Below, one piece after another: positions 1 through 10,029 of a stretch of DNA of 64,000 nt; positions within the stretch are counted from its first letter, which is position 1, and each line of letters opens with the position of its first letter. The notes beneath the pieces are model-generated. The model saw only the letters and a list, made by a program, of their open reading frames with translations. It had not been told where the DNA came from and did not search any database. The DNA lies in contig OZ242320.1 in the NCBI GenBank assembly GCA_965208125.1, positions 544,001 to 608,000 on the forward strand, written 5' to 3'. Source of the DNA: Candidatus Latescibacterota bacterium (lineage in GTDB: Bacteria; Latescibacterota; UBA2968). The position numbers and the translations under genes are program-made.

Positions 1-1
1 T

Positions 2-154
2 TTTTCCGTGCATCTGTTTCTAAAAGAAGACGAGAGTGGTTTACCGCCTCCGAAGATGGATCGAGGCATCGTGAACATCAAGGGCGTAGCATTAGATATA
101 AAAGGCGATGTGTTTCAGAGAAAGATGCAGGTACAGTTAAAAAAAGGATTTTGA
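2..154 (+). CDS. 3' end of a gene entering the window (…KMDRGIVNIKGVALDIKGDVFQRKMQVQLKKGF*), product unknown
   Basis: Open frame 2 up to TGA at 152-154, followed directly by a terminator. Confidence 0.5.
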   Translation, partial: FSVHLFLKEDESGLPPPKMDRGIVNIKGVALDIKGDVFQRKMQVQLKKGF

Positions 155-165
155 AGAAACAAAAC

Positions 166-206
166 AAAAAAAGGGTCAATGCTCGCGTGAGTGTTGACCC
201 TTTTTT
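166..206 (+). terminator. Rho-independent terminator (possibly bidirectional)
   Basis: AAAAAAAGGGTCAATGCTC-GCGT-GAGTGTTGACCCTTTTTT stem-loop with A and T tracts. Confidence 0.85.
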
Positions 207-233
207 GCATGGTATTAGTGGAGGGCGTTTGAC

Positions 234-728
234 ATGCCGTCGGGTAAGACACATACGCGGATTGATCTTTTTTTGCTGATAATCATCATCGGCATAGGGG
301 CCTGTTTTTGGGGATCCCTCGTCGAATATTTCGGACGCGATGAAATGGTCGAATACGGAACTGTTTTTGTGATTGCCTATTTATTTGGCACGTTTTTATT
401 ATCGCCCGATCTGGACTTAAAGGCCAGTGATCCATTGAAGAACTGGGGGATTTTGCGTTTGCTGTGGCGGCCTTATTCCCATATTTTTAAACACAGAGGA
501 CTTTCTCATACGCCGATTGTGGGCACCCTGACCCGGGTGCTTTATATTTTCATAGTTGTGTACGCACTCGCAGCTATAGCCAACGCATTCTTTGATCTGG
601 GTTGGAAAATGTCGTTTAACGACTTGAAGGACATGAATTTCAAAATCGTAATATGGGCACTTGCGGGGTTGTGTTTGCCCGATCTTTTTCACATTTTGGC
701 CGATCACACACTTAAAAACGCCCGTTGA
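234..728 (+). CDS. DUF2227-like putative metal-binding membrane protein
   Basis: MPSGKTH start, LSPDLD, HRGLSH and terminal H..AD motifs; hydrophobic helices. Confidence 0.75.
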   Translation: MPSGKTHTRIDLFLLIIIIGIGACFWGSLVEYFGRDEMVEYGTVFVIAYLFGTFLLSPDLDLKASDPLKNWGILRLLWRPYSHIFKHRGLSHTPIVGTLTRVLYIFIVVYALAAIANAFFDLGWKMSFNDLKDMNFKIVIWALAGLCLPDLFHILADHTLKNAR

Positions 729-753
729 CTTCTGGTTTAGTGCCCCTTATATT
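725..753 (+). promoter_or_regulatory. sigma70-type promoter for the M23-bactofilin operon
   Basis: TTGACT-17 nt-TATATT, 11 nt before GTG at 765. Confidence 0.6.
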
Positions 754-764
754 GCACATCCGCT

Positions 765-1619
765 GTGCTCAAAGCATTGGGAGACAGGTTGAACTGGCAA
801 CGCAAAAATTTTTCAGTGCTGGTCATTCCAGACGATGGTTCAAGGACCCTGAAGTTTAAGCTCAGTTATCACATGCTATTGGGGATAGGTCTGGGATCGG
901 CCTTTGCGCTGTGTATGGTATTTATCGGTCTGTTTTTTTTATGGGAAGCCCTATATTGGAAACGCACCGCACAAATGCTTGAACAGGACAATGAGCGCCT
1001 GTACGCCGATGTTACTCGCGTGGATGAATTGGCGCAAGTGGTAACGCGCATGAAGGTCGGAGAGCAAACACTGCGTTCTATATTGGCCAGTCACACCGGC
1101 TTGTCGCCAACACCCGTTGAAGCACGGTACCTTGAAGGTGACTATGCAGTTGCAACGCTATTGGTGCAAAACAAGCCGCGTGGTGGTCTGGATATGCACT
1201 GGGTTCCCGCAATCTGGCCTGTATCCCCTTCTGTTGGATGGGTGGCACGCGAGTTTGAAGCGAGTGACAATTGCGTCAGCGTGCTATCTCCGACGGGCAT
1301 ATTCAAAAATCGCCATTCGGGGATTGATATCGCAGCCAGTGAAGGGACGCCTGTGCAGGCCACAGCCGATGGACAGGTGACATTTGCAGATTTCGATCCC
1401 GAGTTCGGATATATGGTGGTTATTGATCACGGTGGCATTTATACAACGCGATATGGTCACAATCGCACACTGCTGGTCAAAGAAGGAGAGTATGTTGGAC
1501 AAGGGCAATACGTTGCACTGGTGGGTACCTCAACGCAAAGCCGTGAGCCTCATTTACACTATGAAGTTATCGAAGGGGGACGGGCATGCAATCCGCGCGA
1601 TTTCTTACCTCGAAAATAG
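765..1619 (+). CDS. M23 family metallopeptidase with N-terminal TM helix and coiled coil
   Basis: HSGID (HxxxD) and PHLHYEV (HxH) motifs; GTPVQATADG; TRYGHN. Confidence 0.9.
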   Translation: MLKALGDRLNWQRKNFSVLVIPDDGSRTLKFKLSYHMLLGIGLGSAFALCMVFIGLFFLWEALYWKRTAQMLEQDNERLYADVTRVDELAQVVTRMKVGEQTLRSILASHTGLSPTPVEARYLEGDYAVATLLVQNKPRGGLDMHWVPAIWPVSPSVGWVAREFEASDNCVSVLSPTGIFKNRHSGIDIAASEGTPVQATADGQVTFADFDPEFGYMVVIDHGGIYTTRYGHNRTLLVKEGEYVGQGQYVALVGTSTQSREPHLHYEVIEGGRACNPRDFLPRK

Positions 1620-2089
1620 CGAAGTTTAACAAACAGAACCACGTAGAAGCCATCAATACGATTGTAGGCGAGAAATCGGTTGTGGAAGGGTATTTTGAGA
1701 TCGCCGATAGCATTCGCGTAGATGGAACTTTTCGCGGGAAAATTACGTCTTCTGGTTCACTGATCGTCAGTGCTCAGGGAGAGATAGATGCCGATTTGAT
1801 CCGGGTAAAAGATGCGGTTGTTGACGGATGCGTCAAAGGGCCTCTGGATGCCTCGCACTCAGTAAGGCTTGGCCCCAGTGCTGAAGTTGATGGCGACATT
1901 ACAACTCAGGTACTGATAGTCGAAAAGGGTGCTGTATTGCGCGGGACCTGTACTGTAGCACCCAATTCTGTAGATATAGAAAAGCAGGAAGATAACAAAG
2001 AGAAGCAGGAAGAGGTCGATATAGAAAAGCAAGAAGACGAAGACAGGGATATAAAAAAGCAAGAGGAGGTCGAGCAGGTAGCAGATTGA
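1586..2089 (+). CDS. Bactofilin (polymer-forming cytoskeletal protein) with acidic repetitive tail
   Basis: NTIVG…EG…IRVDG…G.I…L.V…A.V.GDI….L.VE.GA…G beta-helix pattern; usual M23-bactofilin pairing; SD-like GAAGGGGGA upstream. Confidence 0.88.
   Translation: MQSARFLTSKIAKFNKQNHVEAINTIVGEKSVVEGYFEIADSIRVDGTFRGKITSSGSLIVSAQGEIDADLIRVKDAVVDGCVKGPLDASHSVRLGPSAEVDGDITTQVLIVEKGAVLRGTCTVAPNSVDIEKQEDNKEKQEEVDIEKQEDEDRDIKKQEEVEQVAD
1973..2073 (+). repeat. Imperfect tandem repeats GATATAGAAAAGCA(A/G)GAAGA encoding DIEKQE(D/E)
   Basis: Copies start at 1973, 2018 and 2048, plus a partial copy near 2000. Confidence 0.8.
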
Positions 2090-2106
2090 TCGACACTGCG
2101 ATAAAC

Positions 2107-2138
2107 AAAAAACGCGCGTTTATGACGCGCGTTTTTTT
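2107..2138. terminator. Bidirectional terminator between convergent bactofilin and hflX
   Basis: AAAAAACGCGCGTT-TAT-GACGCGCGTTTTTTT. Confidence 0.85.
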
Positions 2139-2182
2139 ATTGCCTATTCCCAGATGGCTGACCCGCTGATACTAAATCGTAT

Positions 2183-3478
2183 TCAGCACAGGCTTTGATA
2201 ACGACCATTGGGCAAAAGACGCTGTGCATTGTGTTGGCTGAGCTTAACCTCCATTAAAACATCGTTGCCCTTGTAGTCCGTGTGCAAAACTTCGCCAATT
2301 CGGTAGAGTTCTGACAGGAGCTTGCCCTCGCGTTGCGGAATCTGCACCCTGAGCGTCAGACGGTCACCCTCAAGATAGTTGTAGATCGCCCACCTCAAAT
2401 CTTCGAGTCCCTCGCCCGTTTCAGCGGAAAGCCAGACAGCATCGGGATATGTCGCTATCAGATATTCGCGTCGGGTCTGATCTTCTAACAGATCATTTTT
2501 GTTAAACACCATCATCGTCGGCCTGTTGGCTACGTCGAGTTCGCCAAGCACCTCAATCACCGTGGCGATATGTTCTTCACAAGCTGGATGGCTGACATCA
2601 ACAACGTGAAGCAAAAGATCGGCTTCAATTGCTTCTTCGAGGGTACTGTGAAAAGAAGCGATCAGATGGTGGGGCAGCTTTTTGATAAAACCAACAGTAT
2701 CGGACAACAGAATATCGCGGTTATAACCAAGAGAGACGCGCCGCGTAGTGGAATCGAGGGTGGCAAAGAGCCGATCCTCAATCAAGACATTGGCGCCGGA
2801 AAGGGCACGCATAAGCGTAGATTTGCCCGCATTGGTATAGCCGACAAGTGCTGTGCGAAAAATATCGGTGCGTTGTTTGCGGGCAACCGCGCGTTGTCTG
2901 GCAATGCGGTCAAGTGCTTGCTTGAGGACGGTAATGCGGCGATTGGTCGCACGTCGATCCACCTCGAGCTGCGTTTCACCTGGACCGCGCGTACCCACCC
3001 CCCCAGTGCTACCAGTACCGCCGGCCTGCCGCGAAAGATGGGTCCATTGACGGGTCAATCTGGGCAACATATAGATGAGTTGGGCCAACTCGACCTGTGT
3101 TTGCGCCTCTCGGGTTCTGGCGCGGCTGGCAAAAATATCCAGAATAAGTCGGCTGCGATCGATAATTTTAACTTCAAGCAGAGTTTCGAGATTGCGGGTT
3201 TGTGCCGGCGAGAGGTCTTCGTCAAAAATAACGACCTGGGCATTGCATTCTGTGACCTGTTCGACGAGTTCTTCTGCCTTGCCGCGACCAATCAGGTACG
3301 CAGAGTCTCTCTGCCGGCGTTCCTGAAGCACCTGCACTGCAACATCAACACCCGCCGTATCCGCCAAAAGCCCGAGTTCATCAAGCGTGTCCTGTGCTTC
3401 GTCCAGTGAAATGCCGGGCAGCGCAAGCCCGACGAGTATGCCCCGCTCAAGCGCGTGTTCTTTTGTGAGATCGTACAT
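2183..3478 (-). CDS. hflX: Ribosome-splitting GTPase HflX
   Basis: LILDIFA.RA.TREA..QVELAQL.Y.LPRL, GPGETQLE.DRR, GYTNAGKST, LFATLD, DTVGF, NK.D. Confidence 0.97.
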   Translation of the reverse strand: MYDLTKEHALERGILVGLALPGISLDEAQDTLDELGLLADTAGVDVAVQVLQERRQRDSAYLIGRGKAEELVEQVTECNAQVVIFDEDLSPAQTRNLETLLEVKIIDRSRLILDIFASRARTREAQTQVELAQLIYMLPRLTRQWTHLSRQAGGTGSTGGVGTRGPGETQLEVDRRATNRRITVLKQALDRIARQRAVARKQRTDIFRTALVGYTNAGKSTLMRALSGANVLIEDRLFATLDSTTRRVSLGYNRDILLSDTVGFIKKLPHHLIASFHSTLEEAIEADLLLHVVDVSHPACEEHIATVIEVLGELDVANRPTMMVFNKNDLLEDQTRREYLIATYPDAVWLSAETGEGLEDLRWAIYNYLEGDRLTLRVQIPQREGKLLSELYRIGEVLHTDYKGNDVLMEVKLSQHNAQRLLPNGRYQSLC

Positions 3479-3517
3479 AGTAGTGTTTAAGTAAGTGTGA
3501 TAATGTTATTGTAACTC

Positions 3518-4069
3518 TCATGCATCCATCTGCGTGGATGCACTGTGAGATAGCCCATCTAACGTCTTAGAAGCTGTCTTAAAATTCGGTCTTATAATAG
3601 ACGCAATCTCTTCCGCCCGTTCCCATGATACGGTCACCTTCTGCTTCAAACCCCCATCTTTTGGCTGTAAGGCAGCGATATGCGGAGGTCCACTCCCCCA
3701 GTTGCTCGACTTTCGCCGAGGTACAACATGCATGTGAAAATGCGGCACCTCCTGCAAACTGGCCACGCCATTATTCTGATAGACCGTAATCCCATCCGGG
3801 TTGAAAGTTTTAACAAGCGCTTCCGCTGCTATACGGACCGTCTTCATAATTTCGCCAGCCTCATCATCCGTCAAATCCAATATCGTCGGCGCATGGCGGC
3901 GAGGAACAACGAGAAGCTGACCGATTTCAAACTGCCTGGGATTGAGCAACGCAAGCGTCTTTTCAGTCGCATGGATAACATGCCTTTTTTCACCGCGTCC
4001 GGCAACTATTTCACAAAATGGACAGGGATCCCACGTCGGCATCTCAAATGAGGCAACAGTATCACTCAT
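3518..4069 (-). CDS. HIT family nucleotide hydrolase
   Basis: CPFC, NNG..S.Q.VPHFHMHVVPR histidine triad. Confidence 0.92.
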   Translation of the reverse strand: MSDTVASFEMPTWDPCPFCEIVAGRGEKRHVIHATEKTLALLNPRQFEIGQLLVVPRRHAPTILDLTDDEAGEIMKTVRIAAEALVKTFNPDGITVYQNNGVASLQEVPHFHMHVVPRRKSSNWGSGPPHIAALQPKDGGLKQKVTVSWERAEEIASIIRPNFKTASKTLDGLSHSASTQMDA

Positions 4070-4983
4070 CTTTCATCCTCATCTCGTCCGCTTTGATTCA
4101 GTCTCCCCCAGTGCTTTTGTCGCACCAATGGCATCCAGCCAAACCGATTGTAGAACCTTCCCGCGCCTGCTTCTTCGTCCTCCCGTGCAACGGAAAGCAC
4201 CACCCTGTCGCACTTAGCCAGCCGCAACCATTCAACAGCGTGACGGACAACCCACGAACCGACTCTCTGATTTCGCATAGATTTGATCGTCTCAACCTCC
4301 GAAAGCTCCGCCCATCCTGTCAATGCGGGCAACAGACCGCCTTCGGTGAGATCTGAAATACACTCACACTGCCCAACGTTTCGTCCATCGAGCCGAGCGA
4401 CAAATCGCGTACCGAATCTCCCCACATCGCGATGAATCGTCATACCTTTTACTGGCGGCTTACCAGGAGCAGAGATACCAGTCAGCGTGCCACCATAGAC
4501 GGATTCGTCAACATCCTCATTCGATGAATAACCAAATTGCTCCATCAGACCGATTATGTGTGGCCAAACATCCGGCACTCCTAAGCAAATTGGAACCGAT
4601 AGACCATTCCCCCAGATCTTCTCGTCCTTGACCTGCCAGGCATCCATTTGGCACCGGCACTCCTTCAGAACTGCCGCCCCAGCTTCACGCTCTCCTGGAC
4701 GGAACAAAAACCAGGCAATATCTCCAACACCCTTCCAGCGCGTGTCATCGCCGTATCGGAGGAGATGCGCCGCCGCGCAAACGCGATCGTTGACGATTCC
4801 AACAATGGACTTTCTTTCAACAACCCAGGGATCAACAATAGCCTCCTTCGGATTCCTCTTCAGGTGCTCCCAAAAGTAATCTGGCGTCAAGCTCCACCCG
4901 GGTATCACGGTACTGAGATGACTATTCACAAGATCCATGACCTGGGGCAGATGAAAACGATCAAGAGGTGCTATTTGTACCAT
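4066..4983 (-). CDS. GNAT family N-acetyltransferase (tandem domain)
   Basis: C-terminal RNQRVGS…FYNRFGW acetyl-CoA motif; ATG at 4983 preferred; ATGA overlap with HIT gene. Confidence 0.75.
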   Translation of the reverse strand: MVQIAPLDRFHLPQVMDLVNSHLSTVIPGWSLTPDYFWEHLKRNPKEAIVDPWVVERKSIVGIVNDRVCAAAHLLRYGDDTRWKGVGDIAWFLFRPGEREAGAAVLKECRCQMDAWQVKDEKIWGNGLSVPICLGVPDVWPHIIGLMEQFGYSSNEDVDESVYGGTLTGISAPGKPPVKGMTIHRDVGRFGTRFVARLDGRNVGQCECISDLTEGGLLPALTGWAELSEVETIKSMRNQRVGSWVVRHAVEWLRLAKCDRVVLSVAREDEEAGAGRFYNRFGWMPLVRQKHWGRLNQSGRDEDER

Positions 4984-5001
4984 GCGTAATCCCAAAACGT
5001 T

Positions 5002-5721
5002 TTATGTATTATGAGGGCTATGGAAGTCTAACAAAGCATCTATGTACGCACCAGCGGATTTACGCAAGCGTTCAAACCGCTCTTTGGAAATAGGCCCCTG
5101 ATCTTCTTTGACACACAAATCTGATATAATGCGAATACCGACATATTTGATCTCGTTAATCGCACAAACATCCACAATAGCCGCTGACTCCCAATTCACA
5201 GCTATGGCACCACTCTCTACGGCGATTCTATCTCGCACCTCGCGGTCATAGATATCCATATCTCCGCAAATCACGGAAGATTTCCTGACCGTAGCGCCCG
5301 AATTATTTTTTGATAGACACATTGCGAACCTGTCTATCGAAGCGGAAGAGGCATCGAAGAGGCATCCTCTCCATTCATCTTGCTCGCTCTGAATCTCTGG
5401 CCTATTTGGTACATCGTGCTCAGAAACACCAGTGATTACGACAATGTCTCCAATACGTAAAAAATCTACCAGACCACCCGCAAATCCAAACTCGAAAAAT
5501 GTATCTACCTTATACTTGTCTATGATCATCTGACACATCGAAGCCGCTCGCACCTTGCCCATCCCCGACTGCATTATGACCCACTTCTCATCTCCATCGC
5601 ACCATGCAAACTGCAACCTGCCATTCCAGTCAACCGAATCGCTCGCATCATGTCCCAGAACATCGAGAAGCGCCCGCGTCTCATCTGCGTAAGCTGTCAT
5701 AACGCACAGCTTTGAACTCAT
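5002..5721 (-). CDS. MTA/SAH nucleosidase-like protein (PNP_UDP_1 fold)
   Basis: SGMGKVRAA, GFAGGL, GDIVV, NWESAAI, RIISD. Confidence 0.8.
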   Translation of the reverse strand: MSSKLCVMTAYADETRALLDVLGHDASDSVDWNGRLQFAWCDGDEKWVIMQSGMGKVRAASMCQMIIDKYKVDTFFEFGFAGGLVDFLRIGDIVVITGVSEHDVPNRPEIQSEQDEWRGCLFDASSASIDRFAMCLSKNNSGATVRKSSVICGDMDIYDREVRDRIAVESGAIAVNWESAAIVDVCAINEIKYVGIRIISDLCVKEDQGPISKERFERLRKSAGAYIDALLDFHSPHNT

Positions 5722-5736
5722 AGATATATCTCCATT

Positions 5737-6210
5737 TCATCGCAATAATTTCTCAAAAGAAACAATAGTCATTCTCTCGTTAATCTCTCGAGTGCCTCCA
5801 GTTCTCCTATATCCCATTTTCTCATAAAAATAACAGTTGCCTTCCTCTTGCAGAATCGTCTCAAGCTCCCAGCACTCCGCATCAACAACGCCCTCAACAA
5901 GTGCCAGAGCATCCTGGCCATACCCCTTCCCCTGATGCTCTGGAATAATAAACATGGGACTAACTCTCGCTCGTCTCACCTCATCATCGTAGATAATTCT
6001 GATCGCTCCGATTTGCACACCATCGAGCATAATAAAGTAGTAAGTGGTATGGGGCTGCTTTAATCTGTCGATAACCCGTTCAACATCTTCATTGGCCGGA
6101 TTCGTATCGTAATCCCGATACTTATGGAGCAGTGGCAAAAATGACGCAACCTGAAGTCGGTGAATAGCTGCGGCATCTCTAATAGATGCTTTCTTTAAAC
6201 TGATTCGCAT
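5737..6210 (-). CDS. GNAT family N-acetyltransferase
   Basis: PEHQGKGYG, N..FYEKMGY; start at ATG 6210. Confidence 0.88.
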   Translation of the reverse strand: MRISLKKASIRDAAAIHRLQVASFLPLLHKYRDYDTNPANEDVERVIDRLKQPHTTYYFIMLDGVQIGAIRIIYDDEVRRARVSPMFIIPEHQGKGYGQDALALVEGVVDAECWELETILQEEGNCYFYEKMGYRRTGGTREINERMTIVSFEKLLR

Positions 6211-6214
6211 AAGT

Positions 6215-6766
6215 TCACCTATTTTTCCGCGCCTCCCATTCATCACGCAATAAACCACACCATACCATGTTTTTAAATTCGCCTCTTAGATAGATATCCT
6301 GGCGCAGGACACCTTCACGGACCATTCCGAGCTTCTCCATTACCCGGAGAGAACCGACATTTCTCTCATCGGCTGCAGCGCGAATGCGATTCAAATCTGG
6401 ATAGGCTGAAAACGATTCGTCGATAACAGCACCCGCGGCTTCCGTAGTCAGTCCTTTTCCCCAAAAGCGTCGGGCAATGCTATAGCCCATTTCGCCAACG
6501 CGATTATCAAAATCAAATCCAATATTAATCCCACCAATAACAGAACCAGCGTGTTCAATCGCCCAGGATATGCGTGTTTTGCGATCCTGCAACAGTTGAC
6601 CTGCCACAAATTTTTCGGCATCTGCTCTCGTGTAGGGTTGGGGAACCGGGAGAAAGCGCGCCCATTCCGGATCGGATGCGTATGACAGAACATCCTCAAC
6701 ATCCACAAGGCTAAACACCCTGAGTATCAATCGGTCTGTTTTAATAAGTTCCGACAGCATTTTCAT
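6215..6766 (-). CDS. GNAT acetyltransferase, RimJ/RimL type
   Basis: TDRLILR, EMGY….FWGKG, N.GS.RVMEKLGM..EG. Confidence 0.92.
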   Translation of the reverse strand: MKMLSELIKTDRLILRVFSLVDVEDVLSYASDPEWARFLPVPQPYTRADAEKFVAGQLLQDRKTRISWAIEHAGSVIGGINIGFDFDNRVGEMGYSIARRFWGKGLTTEAAGAVIDESFSAYPDLNRIRAAADERNVGSLRVMEKLGMVREGVLRQDIYLRGEFKNMVWCGLLRDEWEARKNR

Positions 6767-6780
6767 ATCTCTCTTTTTCT

Positions 6781-7401
6781 TCAGAGCACATCCTCATTTA
6801 ACCACCTGAGAAAACTCTCGTCATTGGTGTATTGATAGGCAAAACCACCACAACCTCTGAACAACTCAGGCTCCTTGCTGCCATCTTCGATTAAGAGACT
6901 ATTTCCATAGTGAATATCATCCCCCAGAGCTTCAAATGCAATGGGCCAGAGTGCGCGCTTGTCGATTTCTCCGTAATCGGAAGAATTGATAATCACATCA
7001 AATTTCTCGTCCAATCCATGCTCTGGAACAACGACATCTGAAAAAACATCCATATTGGCAGTTACAATCGCTGTTCGTCTCCCTTGACTTCTCTGCGTCA
7101 GTGCGAAATTCAAAACTACCTCATTAAAGTCAAGATCCTTGCATCCCAACTCCATAGTTTCCAAAACCGCAGAAATATCCATATTTGCGTGATCGGAGAC
7201 AATGGCCGCAATATCTCTAAGACTCAAGGCATTCGTCATCCACATCCTGCAGATATGCCGATTGGCGAACACATGCTCTTGAATAATATCATGCCACTCG
7301 GGACATTCTGGCGGGGATACCTTGAAATAGAGATCCGAAGACAACGTAAAACCGAAATCGAAAACAATGCACTTGAACTTGCTCAGATCACCGACCTTCA
7401 T
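6781..7401 (-). CDS. HAD-like hydrolase
   Basis: IVFDFGFTL motif I (degenerate), IVTAN, LLIED. Confidence 0.65.
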   Translation of the reverse strand: MKVGDLSKFKCIVFDFGFTLSSDLYFKVSPPECPEWHDIIQEHVFANRHICRMWMTNALSLRDIAAIVSDHANMDISAVLETMELGCKDLDFNEVVLNFALTQRSQGRRTAIVTANMDVFSDVVVPEHGLDEKFDVIINSSDYGEIDKRALWPIAFEALGDDIHYGNSLLIEDGSKEPELFRGCGGFAYQYTNDESFLRWLNEDVL

Positions 7402-7416
7402 TTCTCACAGCCTTTT

Positions 7417-7478
7417 GACTGAACTCCTGGGATAGCCTCGAAATAGTGAAGGCATCACTCTACAAATAGGGATTCAAT
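7417..7478. repeat. 62-bp direct repeat, copy 1 (last 8 codons of APH plus downstream spacer and RBS)
   Basis: 60/62 identical to 11582-11643. Confidence 0.95.
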
Positions 7479-8300
7479 AGCTCTGACAACACCAGGTACG
7501 TACTGCTCAAAGCCGTAATTCAGAGCAAAGAAGACAACAAAAAAGAGCTTTCGCTTTGACTCATAATCCACCCTCGTCCAGAAGTTCTCCCCCAACGGCA
7601 ATTGGTAGTGTTCAACCATATCCTCGGCAAACTGCTTCCCGAACCTGCGGTAAAATATTGCGAAATCAGCAGCCGGATCGCTGAGACTCAAATCGCCGAA
7701 ATCAATCACCCCAACAATCTTCGAGTGTGCCTCATCAATCAGGACATTGTTGGTACCAAAATCCGAATGAGCAATGACGTTCTGATATGTGGCAGACGCG
7801 ACTTTTGGTATTGCTCGTTGGAAGTAGTCTTCGGCTTTCTCCCGAGTATGGCCTCGCAGGAGCGGAGACACGGCAGGCCATAATTCCCGCCAAAAATCTT
7901 TACCCCCAAATGGAGCAACCTTGATATGCTGGTGTTCGAATGCAACGGCGTGAAGGCAAGACAGAAAATTACCCAAAGCTTCTGCCGTGGATTTTCTCTC
8001 CTTCTGATCGAGATTCTGAAATATCGCCTCAGAAAACTTGACCCCCTCTATCTTTTCATAAGCTATGTAGTTGTTACCCGAGTACTGTATTTCCGGGATC
8101 TGTAAAGGTGAGTCTTTCTGGAAAAGGGGTAGAAAAGCCTGTTCAACAGCAAGCTGAGTATTTGATAGATCTCGAACAAAACGGAATATCCACTTCGCAT
8201 TTACTTCCAAAACCACATTCGTCCAGCCTTCATCCAACTGAATAATGGATTCTACAGGCTCAGTTAGCGCATTCCGAACAATTGATTCGTACGTCTGCAT
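7455..8300 (-). CDS. Aminoglycoside phosphotransferase family protein (APH(2'')-like fold)
   Basis: EGWTN.V..V…WIFRF, HSDFGTNNVL, GVIDFGD….DPA.DF. Confidence 0.88.
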   Translation of the reverse strand: MQTYESIVRNALTEPVESIIQLDEGWTNVVLEVNAKWIFRFVRDLSNTQLAVEQAFLPLFQKDSPLQIPEIQYSGNNYIAYEKIEGVKFSEAIFQNLDQKERKSTAEALGNFLSCLHAVAFEHQHIKVAPFGGKDFWRELWPAVSPLLRGHTREKAEDYFQRAIPKVASATYQNVIAHSDFGTNNVLIDEAHSKIVGVIDFGDLSLSDPAADFAIFYRRFGKQFAEDMVEHYQLPLGENFWTRVDYESKRKLFFVVFFALNYGFEQYVPGVVRAIESLFVE

Positions 8301-8530
8301 GCGATTTAGCTGAAATACGCGTAATCCCCAAGTCCTTCAGGCTTGGGATGTAACGCGCTAAAATTTCTGGGGCGGTGCTTTAGCCTGGGGCATATCGCGA
8401 ATATGCGATATGGGTGGTGAATCAACCAGACTATTCGAATAATTCTACATGACAATATGCTATGTATTTGTTAGATTTAACCTATACAACCTAACACAAG
8501 GGGTTGATCGTGAAGTTGAAAAGTCCTGAC

Positions 8531-8923
8531 ATGAAATATCACACCTCGCACAGTGCAGTTTTCAGTTGCCATTATCATGTTGTCTGGTGTACCAAATATC
8601 GACGCCAAGTGCTGTCTGTTGACATGCAAACCCGACTGAAAGACTTATTGCTTGAGAAGCAGTGCGAATATGGCTATGAAGTGCAAGGTTGTGAAATCTT
8701 GTCTGATCATGTTCATTTGCTTCTTTCTGTTACGCCGTCAAAGCCAGTGAGTAGTGTTGTAGGCAGGCTCAAAAGCTATACGGCTCATATTCTGCGGTCT
8801 GAATATCCAGAACTTAAAAGCAGATTGCCGTCTTTGTGGACGCGGAGTAAGTTTGTAGCAACCGCTGGCGAAGTGACGCTTGGAGTTCTGAAACGCTACG
8901 TTGAAAATCAAAAGGGCGTATAG
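8531..8923 (+). CDS. tnpA: Y1 HUH transposase TnpA
   Basis: YHVVWCTKYRR, DHVHLL (HUH), LWTRS, RYVENQ catalytic Tyr. Confidence 0.95.
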   Translation: MKYHTSHSAVFSCHYHVVWCTKYRRQVLSVDMQTRLKDLLLEKQCEYGYEVQGCEILSDHVHLLLSVTPSKPVSSVVGRLKSYTAHILRSEYPELKSRLPSLWTRSKFVATAGEVTLGVLKRYVENQKGV

Positions 8924-10029
8924 TGGACTATATAACTTACAAATTCAAGCTGTATTCGGCGTGTGACCGAAATCGGTATCTGCACTATGAGATAGACGCC
9001 TTTGCTGGCGTGTATAACCACTTCATTGCTTTGATTAAGCGATACTATCAGCGATACAGCAAGTATCCGAACAAGTATGCACTGAAGAGGCATCTGACAA
9101 AACTAAAAAAAACTAAGCGATTTGGTCATTGGAGTGCGCTACCGTCTCAGGCATTGCAAGATGTGGTATTTCGCATAGATTTTGGCTACCAGAAGTTCTT
9201 TGCCAGAGACAACAAGCGACCGCCCACTTTCAGATCACGCTTCCGGTATCAGTCCTATACCCTGACGCAAGCAGGATACAAATTCCTTGAGCGTAACAAA
9301 GTGCGTATCGGCAAGCGTATATTTCGCTATCACAAAAGCAGAAACTTCGATGTAGAAAGTATCAAGACGGTCACAATCAAGCGTGACCGTGTAGGCGACT
9401 TGTGGCTATGTGTTGTTGCAAAGGCTGAAGGTATCAAGTCATTCATTGTCAAGAACGGTAAAACCGCAGGCTTTGACTTCGGCTTGAAAACCTACCTGAC
9501 GGCCTCAGACGCCACACGAACACAATCGCCTTTGTTCTTTTCTCGCAACGCCAGACAGGCCAAAAAAGCCAACCGCAATCTGTCACGTAAGCAGAAGAGT
9601 AGCAACAACCGTCATAGAGCAAGAGTGAACCTTGCCAGAGTGCATCGGCGCGTAGCGAATCAGCGCAGGGACTATCACTGGCAACTTGCCCATCAACTGT
9701 GCAAAGACTATGATGTAATGTGCTTTGAAACGCTGAACATCAAAGCCATGCAACAGTTGTGGGGCAAAAAGATTAACGATCTGGGATTCTCGAACTTCTT
9801 GGTCACCCTCAAATATGTCGCACAAAAGACAGGCAAAACAGTTCGGCAAATTGACCAGTGGCTACCCACGTCTAAGACTTGCTCCGCATGTGGCACTGTC
9901 AAAGAAAATCTTGAATTGCGAGAAAGAACATTTCATTGTTGCGAATGTGGTCTTGAAATAGATAGAGATCTCAACGCAGCGATAAACATTCACAGGTGGG
10001 GGCGTCCGCCTATGGCGGAGGCAGCGTAA
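8923..10029 (+). CDS. tnpB: RNA-guided endonuclease TnpB
   Basis: RuvC I GFDFGLK, RuvC II FETLNI, zinc finger TSKTCSACG…CCECG, RuvC III DRDLNAAINI; D-E-D intact. Confidence 0.95.
   Translation: MDYITYKFKLYSACDRNRYLHYEIDAFAGVYNHFIALIKRYYQRYSKYPNKYALKRHLTKLKKTKRFGHWSALPSQALQDVVFRIDFGYQKFFARDNKRPPTFRSRFRYQSYTLTQAGYKFLERNKVRIGKRIFRYHKSRNFDVESIKTVTIKRDRVGDLWLCVVAKAEGIKSFIVKNGKTAGFDFGLKTYLTASDATRTQSPLFFSRNARQAKKANRNLSRKQKSSNNRHRARVNLARVHRRVANQRRDYHWQLAHQLCKDYDVMCFETLNIKAMQQLWGKKINDLGFSNFLVTLKYVAQKTGKTVRQIDQWLPTSKTCSACGTVKENLELRERTFHCCECGLEIDRDLNAAINIHRWGRPPMAEAA

Noticed and set aside
1616-1619. Non-canonical ATA start for bactofilin
   Set aside because: ATG at 1586 has a plausible SD, so no need to invoke it.
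8310-8530. IStron (group I intron fused to the IS)
   Set aside because: Left-end region is only about 220 nt and shows no recognisable group I core.
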